Shown piece after piece: positions 25,352 through 35,636 of a stretch of 64,000 bases of DNA. The position numbers were made by a program, and so were the translations under genes. Source of the DNA: Tricharina praecox (lineage: Eukaryota). Below the pieces are notes generated by a model. The model was not told the origin of the DNA. It ran no database searches and saw only the letters and a list, made by a program, of their open reading frames with translations. The stretch's first letter is position 1, and the number at the start of each line of letters is the position of its first letter. The stretch spans positions 992,001 through 1,056,000 of the forward strand of contig NW_026250404.1 in the NCBI RefSeq assembly GCF_024521635.1, written 5' to 3'.

Positions 25352-25839
25352 TGCTGTCGGTTGCGACGGATTTTGTTGGTTGTGTCGTTCTGCAAGGTGT
25401 GTTGTGGAAACGTGGAGGTTTATGTATTTCTCGAGCTGTGCTTGACTTGAGGCTAATTATGGCTAACGCTACCACCGTCACACAGGGTAGCGTGTCCTCA
25501 GTGAACTCTCAATCCGTGAAATCTTATCGCGATCATCGCCACACAGTATGATATGTATTGCTGAGAAGAATTTCCAATACATACGTGCGGCGTAACTTGA
25601 TCACTGCCATAAGAACCATTCGTTCCCTAGGTATTCACAGAATATGCACCGTCTGAATCGAGATGAAGCTGGTCCGAAATCACGTTACATATCATAAATT
25701 CGGAGTGCAGCACATTTCTAACTTGCAAAAGAAAACAGAAACCCAAAATATCTAAGTTCGAAAGGAAAAAAAGCAAAAGAGCAAGAGAAACCATCCCTAT
25801 CCAATCTACCGTTGACGCCAGAGCCAGAGCCATCATTAA

Positions 25840-26754
25840 CTACCGTTCGAGTTGCTTACGCAATTCCTCCCTCTTCCTGCGTCTAGCAAGTGCCTCGGCA
25901 GATAGAGAACTCGAGCTTCCTTCGCCATCATCACTTCCCGAGACAGAGACAATGTCCGACTCGGACCTGCTAGCAAGTGCTGGGTACTTGTTGGGGTAAT
26001 AGCCAGGTCGGGGAGGCAAATCGCGAGGTCCTGAAACAGGTGATGACCGAAAGTCAGAGGTGAGCTGGGAAGTTGAGGATGAAGGGCCGAGAGGAACAGG
26101 CGGAGTATGTCGAACAGACGAACGTATCGGCCGAGGTTCGAGATCCGAATCACCGGGAAATGCGCCAGCTAGTGATCCGAGAGGAGACAGAGGCGACGCT
26201 GTGTCTGGAATAAACTTGTCGATGACTGGAGGATCGGGATAAAGTTGTCTGGTGGTGACCGCCGGCTTCTGTCGTGGCGACACTTCTCCGATTGGCGCGA
26301 ATCCATTGCCCGTCAGGATGCCAGGTGCCGCCGCTCCCCCCACTGGTCTTGTCGGTAATCGTGGGGATGACGTCGGCACAGTAACCAACCTTCTTCTCTC
26401 CATCTCCAGACGCTCCCGCTCCAAGCGCTCCGCAACTCTCCGCTCGACCTCCTGTTCTATAGCCATATGTCTCTGCCACGCCTCCCACTCCCTTTCCTCC
26501 ATCTCCACCATACCGTCACCCCTCCTCTTGGCCCTCTCGAGCGCCCGCCTCGCTCGCTCCACCATAACATCATCGATGATTAAATCTTCGCTACTTGCAC
26601 TTGCACTTGAATAAAGGTTGAAAGAATTTTTTGTCGTCGCACCACTCCCCGGACCCCCACCAACCGCCCGCATTACTTCTCCCACCGCGCCCCCGGCTAC
26701 GCCCCCCATTGATCCATATCTTTCTTGATGTAAAGGAGTTCGCGGCTGGACCAT
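25840..26754 (-). CDS. Uncharacterised 304-aa intronless protein whose ATG overlaps the YIP3 stop codon (TAATG)
   Basis: Uninterrupted ORF MVQPRTPLHQERYG...; protein-like charged helix VERARRALERAKRRGDGMVEMEEREWEAW; S/P-rich disordered C-terminal half; U-rich 3'UTR-like sequence follows. Confidence 0.75.
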   Translation of the reverse strand: MVQPRTPLHQERYGSMGGVAGGAVGEVMRAVGGGPGSGATTKNSFNLYSSASASSEDLIIDDVMVERARRALERAKRRGDGMVEMEEREWEAWQRHMAIEQEVERRVAERLERERLEMERRRLVTVPTSSPRLPTRPVGGAAAPGILTGNGFAPIGEVSPRQKPAVTTRQLYPDPPVIDKFIPDTASPLSPLGSLAGAFPGDSDLEPRPIRSSVRHTPPVPLGPSSSTSQLTSDFRSSPVSGPRDLPPRPGYYPNKYPALASRSESDIVSVSGSDDGEGSSSSLSAEALARRRKREELRKQLER

Positions 26755-27419
26755 TAGACCGCCTCCTCGGAAAAAGCATTCTCGATCGGCTTGTCCATGA
26801 AGGATGCGTGTCCGAGGATGGTGACACCGGAAGCTCCGATGAGCCAGAGGACAGTGGAGAACGGAGAGGCGATGATGCCCAAGGGAACCGCGATAACCAA
26901 CAGCGTGGTGTAAAGCTGCGAGGGAGTGGCTCTAATAGGACCTATACAACAATTGTCAATCGAATGCACCCCGTGTGTTTGGCGGGAGGGCTGAACGTAC
27001 CGAGTTCCAGATCCCGACCTGCAAGTTTGCCGATACCCCACATGCCTCCGACGACGATACCGATCACAAAAAGCAAAAGGAGGTTGGTCAAGAGGGAGTA
27101 GATGCTTAGAATGACGAAGAGCACAGCATAGTTGCTAGCGAAGTACGACAGGTTGTAGGAGGCGCGGCTCTGGACCTCAGCAAAGTTCACAGGCTTCGAG
27201 ATACGCTTGAAATCGAAGAACTCGCCGAGAGGACGAATGTTCGAGAAGCGGTTGGCCAGAGGCATGCGGTTAGCACCTTCCTACAGGAGAAGCACCATCA
27301 GTACAGCTATCCCGAACCGAGAGCACACCAGCTTCGGAGGAGATAGAGGAACATACGGTGAAGCGGCCGAGTCCGAAGCGGTCGGAAATCATGCTGATGG
27401 GAATGGATATTCTCGACAT
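26754..27419 (-). CDS. YIP3: Prenylated Rab acceptor 1 / Yip3 (PRA1 family), 3 exons
   Basis: RPLGEFFDFKRISKPVNFAEVQSRASYNLSYFASNYA; STVLWLIGASGVTILGHASFMDKPIENAFSEEAV*. Introns 27356-27281 and 27000-26942. Confidence 0.95.
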
Positions 27420-28491
27420 GGCTGGTTATTGGGTTTTGGTTGGAGGAGGTTGTTTCGTTCCGAGTCTGATTTGCTGTGCAACTGGTTTGTGCTCTCCTAG
27501 CTAGGAGGGCGAAGATATATCTACTAAAAAAGCACTCAGGTGAGGAGTAAGTATCGTGTGTGTCAGAGAAGCTGACGCGGCGTTGAATGGTGGTCGTTAG
27601 AGCAATCCGTGGGTGATGCGACTGGAAAGGAGGGTGTTGGCTTGTGGGTAGTGAACTCCTTTTTGGGTTCTTCTGTTTCGACGTAGCAAAAGTTGCCAGC
27701 AAGCCCTCCGTAGCACCAAGGTGTGGCAGTGCAGCTAGTGGCGCTTTCCAGTCCAGGGTGCTTTAGGCTTTGGCATGTGCATAAAACGCCACAAGCAGTC
27801 CACGCGGCCCGGTTCTACGTCGCCCCGCTTTGGTCGGGCCCGTCGAATCACGATACCTGCAGGCCTCTGGTCAGCGAGGCTGGAGTCACTCTTCAGATCA
27901 CGGCGCAACAATACGCCGCGAATCAATATCCATAGGCATTCGGCGGCCTAATTGCACTTACGCAGGCGATTCCTATCCGGGGTGGCCGATCGAGTACTAC
28001 CAAGCTTCACTTTGGGCTTCGGTGGCTAAGATGAGTCCCTCGACTCCTCGCATTCTCAGACGGCGAGGCCTAATAGATATAAAATATCTCGGAAAAGCAC
28101 ATAGTTCAAATTCCCGGCCCGATGTGAACTAGTGAGTGATATCGCATGAACCCAAGCAGTTCGACTCTGCCCGTGATTTCGTATTCGCGATGGCAAAGGT
28201 GCTTACATGCCAATTAAGCGAGTTTTTATGGTGTAGAGGGCCACTCTGTATTGGATTCGGAAAGTTAACGTTCATGAATCAATGAGGTCAGAGTTTGAGG
28301 GTTGCAGTGGTATACGGGCTTCGACCGTTCGACGGGCATCGGAACGTCTTATGAATCACCTAGAACATGTATTTGCTGGATAAAGAATAAAAGTTACTCT
28401 CTTGAATTCTAGATCTTATCCGGTGTCCGAAGACTCGTCAATGGCCCCTTCACAAAAAAAACCCCATCATTCACAGCCAACCCGCCCCTCG

Positions 28492-28499
28492 ACCAATCA
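28492..28499 (+). promoter_or_regulatory. CCAAT box (candidate HAP/CBC site) upstream of cytochrome c1
   Basis: ACCAATCA about 250 bp upstream of the CYT1 ATG; respiratory genes are established HAP-complex targets. Confidence 0.4.
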
Positions 28500-28743
28500 C
28501 ACTTGGCTCTTTAGAAGTTTGTCCCGTGCTGCAAAATACGCATCCCCGCTATCCCACCTCACAGCCGTACACGCCCGGGCTTAGCGCAAACAAAAGATCA
28601 CCTCTTCCGATCTTTTCCACTGCTACCCAAAACCAGAAGTCCTCCACCAAACCCCCCCATCTGTATCCCGCCTTCGCCTCTCCACTCCTTCCAACCAGGC
28701 AGGGTTCTCGTCCGTCGTGATATCCGCCCAAACCTCCTACAAC

Positions 28744-30018
28744 ATGTTCGCCCGATCGTGCCTCCGCTCGACGACCTTGAGGTCAATTCCTCGTCAGGCC
28801 GCTAGGGTATGTCCCTCATGCCCCCCCACACCCCCCCTACATACCCTCAACGCCGAGGTCGGATGGCAACCTCGAAGATGGAAAGCATTAATCGAAGGAG
28901 ACATCTACAACAGTGCTAACGACACACCTCATGTGCACAGCGTGCCGCTTCCACATCCTCCGCCTCCGAGGCGTCCCCCAGAAACCTGAACATTGCCGGA
29001 ACCGCAGCTACCGCTGTCGCCATCGGTTCCGTCGCTCTGTACTACCAGCAGTATGGCTTCATGTCGGATGTGCACGCTGCGACTCCGGCCGAGGAGGGGT
29101 ATGTGCCAGGCTTTTCTGCGACACCGTATGTGATGGGGAATGGCATTCGCTGATATCGGATGAATTATAGTCTCCACGCCTCGAAATACCCGTGGGCTCA
29201 CCAGGGTTGGTTGAAGACCTTCGACCACAGCGCGTGAGTTTCAACCGCTGCCCGCACCTTGCCGCGCGACATTATATTCTGACCACCACTTCCAGTCTCC
29301 GCCGTGGATTCCAGGTCTACCGTGAGGTTTGCGCCTCCTGCCACTCTCTCCGTCTGGTTCCTTGGCGAACCCTGGTCGGTGTCACCCACACCGTCGACGA
29401 GGCCAAGGCTATGGCCGAGGAGAACGAGTACGACGACGAGCCCAACGATGCCGGTGATATCGTCAAGCGCGCCGGAAAGCTCTCGGACTACATCCCATCA
29501 CCCTACGCCAACGAGCAGGCCGCCCGTGCTGCCAACCAGGGAGCCCTTCCCCCGGATTTGTCGCTGATCGTCAAGGCCCGCCACGGCGGTTGCGACTACA
29601 TCTTCTCGCTGCTGACTGGATACCCCGATGAGGTTCCCGTTGGTGCCAACGTTGCCGAGGGCTTGAACTTCAACCCCTACTTCCCCGGAACCGGTACATT
29701 CACTTCCTATCTCAACCGTCAGGTCCACTCGGAAGGTACTTGAAGCTGACTTGACTAGGTATCGCCATGGCCCGTGTTCTCTACGACGGTATTGTCGAGT
29801 ACGAGGACGGTACCCCCGCCACCACCTCCCAGATGGCCAAGGACGTCACCGAGTTCCTCAACTGGGCCGCCGAGCCCGAGATGGACCAGCGCAAGAAGAT
29901 GGGAATGAAGGTTCTCGCCGTGACCGCCGTCCTTACCGCTCTCTCGATGTGGGTCAAGCGATACAAGTGGGCCCCGATCAAGAACAGGAAGCTCGTCTAC
30001 ACCCCTCCCAAGGCCTAA
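28744..30018 (+). CDS. CYT1: Cytochrome c1, mitochondrial, multi-exon
   Basis: Arg-rich presequence [31 protein letters not shown] (CxxCH); [47 protein letters not shown]. Confidence 0.97.
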
Positions 30019-30895
30019 ACACCCAATCACCACTGCAACAACCAAACCAAAACCTGGATGATGTGAATGGGAGAGGGAAGGGTAGAAGGGGCAGGAAGGG
30101 TAGGAAGGATGTTTTCGGGTGGGCGGGTGGACGGATGGACGGACGTACGGAACAGACGGGACCAATGGAAATATTACATACGTTAGATGCAAAAAATTAC
30201 TTGGCTCGGTCGGAGTTGGCTTGCGTTTTTTTGTTTCTCTTTGGGGAGCGCGAAAAAGACGTGAACGGTTGACTTATGGGTGGGGATTGTATGGTTTTCA
30301 CTGTAGTACTAGGCGTGTTTGTGCAGAAATCGGGAGGTCTCGTTCTTTTTATTGCGTGTATGATGGATTCCTTGCTACACCCGCACATCTCCATTTCTCA
30401 TATGCATTAAATCTACTACTACATCTTGTCTTTGCTTTCTCCTTTTTTGTTATGCTGGAAATATCATGGCTGTTTGTTTTGTCAATTGGGTTTCCTCGAC
30501 TTGGATGCTTGTCAGATGCAGTCAATCTCTCCTCATTCACTTCAGTTCCTCATAATCCGGTCCGAGCTGAGTGAGACCCGACAAGACCGAGTGATACATA
30601 TGAAAGTATACAACGCTGCAGCTATGCAGCAGACTGGAGTGGACTTCTCCTGGAGACATTCCCCGTTTGAAGGTTTGTAATGGGGTTCCACGGCAGCCTC
30701 GATTGAAACGCAACAACTCTATCTATCCGTATGGTACGAAGTATGTACTCTTATTTAGCCGCCTAAGTACCGAATCCCTACACCTCCCCAGAGCCCTAAC
30801 CCAGCTGTCCCAAGGGCCACATAAGCTCCTCACGGCGCCTACATCTTGCTTTCTTCTTTCTACTTCTTCCTCAATAAACCCTCACCATTGTCATA

Positions 30896-31852
30896 ATGGC
30901 TTTCCTACACAAGTTCGTTGCACTCTTCGTGCTCATCGCTATCACGCTCTCGTTCCTGATCCAGTCTGCTGAGGCAGCGAAGGGACCTCTGATCACCAAC
31001 AAGGTAACACCAACAACCAACTCGGAGTCGGTTGGTTACGTACATGGCATGTTAACGGACGGCGATTACTAGGTCTACTTCGACATCAAGCATGGCGATA
31101 AAGAACTCGGCCGCATTGTGATCGGCCTTTACGGCAAGACCACCCCCAAGACCGCCGAGAACTTCCGGTGAGCTCCCCCCTCCCTCTTCGACACCCAACC
31201 ACGGTTTCTGACTGGCGTGTGTAGCGCATTGGCAACCGGCGAGAAGGGCTACGGCTACCAGGGCTCCAAGTTCCACCGTGTCATCAAGAAGTTCATGATC
31301 CAGGGAGGAGACTTCACCAAGGGCGACGGAACCGGCGGAAAGTCGATCTATGGCGAGAAGTTCCCCGATGAGAACTTCAAGCTGAAGCACACTCGCCCCG
31401 GACTTTTGAGCATGGCCAACTCCGGAAAGGACACCAACGGATCGCAGTTCTTCATTACCACTGTTGTCACTTCGTGAGTAGCCCCGGAATGCCACACCCC
31501 ATACACCACCCCTCCACCCCTCCACCCAATGATGAAACAACCATTCCAAACAGTTATCCCTGTCTGAACATCCATCTGTTGATAATCTGCTTCTGAGCTC
31601 CTCTCCGTTGCCCCTCCTTCCCATACACATACATTCTTTTCTGTTACCCACCTTGTAACACGCACTGACACCCAAACCAGTTGGCTCGATGGCAAGCATG
31701 TCGTTTTCGGCGAGATCCTCGAGGGCATGGAGATCGTCACCGCGATTGAGAACGCTGAGACCAGCTACGGCGACAAGCCCAAGCCGGACGTGGAGATCGT
31801 CAAGAGCGGAGAGTTGGAGGTTCCTGCTGAAGGTATTCACAAGGAGCTTTAA
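30896..31852 (+). CDS. cypB: ER cyclophilin B (peptidyl-prolyl isomerase), soluble isoform ending HKEL
   Basis: Signal peptide; [65 protein letters not shown]-terminus GIHKEL*. Confidence 0.95.
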
Positions 31853-32000
31853 ACTGCCCCTCCCCCACCTACGGTCTTTTTATGTAGAAAAAAAATGTGG
31901 ATATGTTTCAAGTCAGTGTTTTTGTTATCTAGCTCGATCGCGATCAAGAGAAATAAGAGCATTCGCTGATTCGCCTGTGCTTCCTTTCTCGTGTCTGTAG

Positions 32001-32242
32001 AACCCGAATCCCCCGTTCCAAACGCACCAGCCGGCATCCCCGCCGGCGCTGCAATCGATGAGCTTGAACTCGACAAGTCCGAGCCTGTTATCGTCGCCCC
32101 CCACGGCGTCTATGAGAAGGCCAAGGCCCACGGTCTGTCGTTCGGTGAATTGCTGTTCATCCTCGCCATCATTTGCGGCGCTGCCTGGTTCTACGTCAGG
32201 ATGAGAAGGAGGGCAGCTGCCACTGATAAGATCCACGAGTAA
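32001..32242 (+). CDS. cypB: Alternative terminal exon of cyclophilin B encoding a linker, a TM helix and a basic tail
   Basis: Donor GAAG|GTATTC at 31833, branch-like GCTGAT at ~31965, acceptor TGTAG at 32000. Phase-1 join is in frame: EPESPVPNAPA...LLFILAIICGAAWFYVRMRRR...*. Confidence 0.78.
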
Positions 32243-33376
32243 CGTCGAAGCTGGCTTTGGCGGGGGGAGGCGGGAGGATGAAGAGGAGGAAGAAAATGAT
32301 ACCGATTGTTTAAACACATGTCAATTTGCAATTGCTTGATATAGATTTCATTTGTGAAGTAACAATGAGGTGAGGGGCCGAAATGGCTCCTTCATTATCC
32401 TCTAGAAAGACTCAGCGAGCCAGCGGATTTTTTTCGTTTAATTCTGATGTATTCGACCTCTCTAGACCATAGCATCGGTAGCAAGTTAGCGTGTTTTTTT
32501 TGTTTGAATCTTCAATGCTTTCGATCTCATGTAGGCAGATTATGGCAGTTACAAAACCGTGTGCCCCCATTGCCCCCATTGCCCCCGTTCTCATGCTGTT
32601 TGCTGGTGGCTCGATGTGAGTTTCCATTGCTCCTATATAGCCTAGGCCTATCGCAACCCAGCGGAGGGGGCGGGGCGGGGGCTTCTGCGTGCGTAAAATA
32701 TTCGCGAGTGACGGAATATGAACAAGTATAAACCCTAGAATGTAGCCTCTCTATCCTATTCCACTCCTGCGCCCATGAAGCCTATAAGCCCCCCGGCAGC
32801 AGATGGCTTGCGAGTTGGAACCACTGCTCGGGGTGTGTATGTACCCATGGTGTCTCGGGAAACTGCGATATTGCATTGTTCTGCTGGGGGGCGGTGTGAG
32901 TCCGGAGCCAGAGCGAGTACGGAATTTAAGGCATGGTTGGCGCTACGGCTGGGGAAGTACCTAGATGGCGGTAGCACGTGGCATCACTCGTCGATGGAAC
33001 GTAACTACAGGTGACAGTGCTGTGCGGAAATTACAGTGGCGGGTGCCTGGCTCGGAATATAGAGGCTTTGAGGTGAGTACACATGTTAACTGGTATGTAC
33101 CATAGTCTAGATAGGCTGCATGTAATTAGTGATGAGACCAGTTGTATGTTCAAGCATGGCAGTCCATAGCGTGCAACTACCGATCTTGGGCAAAGGAGGC
33201 GCTATGTAAATGGTATGTATGAATCCACGACAGACAGCAGCACATCACGATCCTTGGCTCATCCAGCGGGCACGAAGAAAATCACATCAAGACATGCAAG
33301 TAGAGGAAGAAGCAGTGATGTATTATCTCCTCGAGCGCGCCACCACCACTATTTCCCCCCTAGCACAACCGCCCAT

Positions 33377-33973
33377 CTAATGCAGCACAACCCTCAAGTT
33401 CCACTGAAAGAAAATGTAGTAACCGCCGGCCCTGCTCATTCCGTGATTTCCGCACCTGGACTTAACTTCGAGCATAGCCCAGATGATGTCCTCGCAGGCG
33501 AGGCCCTGCTTGTACCGACCGCAGAGGGAGACGTTGCCGCCGTCCGACTTCGCAATCTGCGTGCACATGGAGCCACCGCCGTTGCTCTGCCAGTAGCTGC
33601 AGGTCTTCCAGTTCTTCTTGTCGTAGACCTTGGCGATCAGCCCGTCGATCTCGGACATGGTCGGAGACGCCCACGACGTCTCGCATTTTACTTTGCCCCA
33701 GCCCTCGCCGTTCACCTCGTCGACCGAACCAGAACCCGTGCCGCGGACGAGTTTGTCTTGGTAGTTGTTCTTGTCGCCGGTGTCGGCTTGAGCGGGGAGG
33801 ACGGCCACGTTGACCTGCTCGGCGTTGCCGGTACCCGGAATGGAGATGTGAGTGTAGTCGACCAGCTTGTTGGTGTCAGAATAGACGAGGCCGGTAGAGA
33901 GAGGACCGGGAGCAGCGGCGGTGAAGGCGATGAGGGCCGAGAGCACCGGGAGGATGTTGAGATTGACGAGCAT
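33377..33973 (-). CDS. Small secreted Cys-rich protein, effector-like (Ecp2/Hce2- or KP4-like pattern)
   Basis: Signal peptide MLVNLNILPVLSALIAFTAA; C-terminal domain with 6 Cys: KCETSWASP...CSYWQSNGGGSMCT...SLCG...ACEDI...RCG...AGG; 198 aa, intronless. Confidence 0.75.
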   Translation of the reverse strand: MLVNLNILPVLSALIAFTAAAPGPLSTGLVYSDTNKLVDYTHISIPGTGNAEQVNVAVLPAQADTGDKNNYQDKLVRGTGSGSVDEVNGEGWGKVKCETSWASPTMSEIDGLIAKVYDKKNWKTCSYWQSNGGGSMCTQIAKSDGGNVSLCGRYKQGLACEDIIWAMLEVKSRCGNHGMSRAGGYYIFFQWNLRVVLH

Positions 33974-34008
33974 GTTGATGATGTTTTTGGTGGTTGGTTT
34001 TTGTTGCG

Positions 34009-34058
34009 GTGAGTCGTGAGTCGTGAAGTCGTGAAGTCGTGAAGTCGTGAAGTCGTGT
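34009..34058 (+). repeat. GTCGTGA(A) 7-8 bp tandem repeat in the leader of the secreted-protein gene
   Basis: GTGAGTCGTGAGTCGTGAAGTCGTGAAGTCGTGAAGTCGTGAAGTCGTG. Confidence 0.85.
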
Positions 34059-35636
34059 TGGGTGTCGAAGTACAAACAAACAATTCCGTTTTCTGAAGCA
34101 AGTTGAAGTGGATGCACGAGAACGGTGGGCCGAGTTAGGGCTTCACTACACTTCGATTCTGCTCGTGGCCTAACCGCGTCACCAATATCACTCGCAAAAT
34201 AAAACAGGAAGATCTCTCTCTCCACCGTGACTGCAGCCGCCGTATGTTCCCTCTCTTCGCCGCAGCCGTCACGTCTGAATCAGCTGAGCCGATCACTCGG
34301 GAACCTGCTTTCTCGCACCGTCATCTTTCTTCGTCTCCTTGCATGCAGCCAGGAAAACAATGAAAGGCTTTGTAGTACCAGTGGCATGATGATCGTCGAC
34401 ACGCGCAAGCATAGTGGTCAACCCATGTTTTACAGAATACGAAAGAGTCTGATGGACTGGTTCAAATATTAGACTGAAAAGAACAGATACTGAGATACCC
34501 ACTACACTTGATCTAAGCCCAACGACTAAAGTCTAAAATAATTAGTCAGCATGTGATTGAAATTTGAATGTGTTGATGGGGTGGGTAAGACATACATATC
34601 AAGGAGAATTGAAGAGAAGAGAAAGGAGGGAGGAGTAGTTAGAGAGGTAGTGGTTTTTGTCTTGTTTGATCAAGTATCCAACCTTACGTGATCATGGCAG
34701 TTACAAAAACGGTTCCTCCTTCACTGCCCCCATTCGACCTCGTACGGTCCGCGGGTGGCTCGAGTGTGAATAGGGAGGTGGTAGTTTTGTTTGCCGTTTA
34801 CTCAATGACTGCATGCGACCCGTCTACGGTAGATCATGACAATACACACCCCACTCCCATGTCCACTGTCTACTGTCCAACCCACCTTTCATCAAGCGGG
34901 CCGATGTGACTTCCCTACCCCCTCTCACCAGAATATGCCATGAAGGAAGCCGTGGGGAGAAACAGCGGGAGTGACCCCGGCTCCTCAGCCTCAGAGTCAG
35001 CGCCCTCCTCCTTTCCATCTCGTCTCAATGAGTGTGATCCGCCTGTCTGTCTTCCCGCTCCCTGAGCTCCCACCCAGGAACCTCGCTTGCTGTATCTCCC
35101 CCAGCAACCTCGGAGATCCGCCTGCCAAAACCAGTGGTGGCGAGGAAGTCCAATAGGGAGGTGGTGGTGGTTTTATAGGTGGACTATCGGCGGTCGAGTG
35201 ACTTAGGGAAGATCGCTCCCAGTATACAGCCGGGCTGCGTACATAGGGGCTTGATCCTTGCTACTATCACCGCCTCACTCTTCACAATCTTCACTCTCCC
35301 AATCCTACTTGGCACATGTCCTCATCTAATAAAATCAATTTTTCCGCTCCCAGTTCCAAGTTCCAAGTTCCAAGTTCCAACTGTCCGTCCGTTTGCGCCA
35401 ACTGCCAAAACTGCCCAAAGTGATCCGTCGAACATCAAGATAAGCAACGCTCACAAAACCAACCGGGTATATATTTATAAAACGCAATTGAAGCTCTCGA
35501 TTCTCCGGCCAATGCGGAGTCCGAAAGAATAGAATAGAAACGTGCACCACATCGAAAACAACCTCCCCTCCCCCGCTCCCCTCCCCCCCTCCCTAAAAAA
35601 AACAAAAAACTAGAGCTGCGATCCAGTGGTAACCAC

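Noticed and set aside
28155..28172. GCAG-TTCGACT-CTGC, a tRNA T-arm/B-box-like hairpin
   Set aside because: No acceptor stem, D arm or anticodon arm could be built around it.
30790..30803. CCCTAACCC as a telomerase RNA template
   Set aside because: It lies in the cypB promoter/leader with no room for a long ncRNA; no telomerase RNA candidate was recognised in the window.
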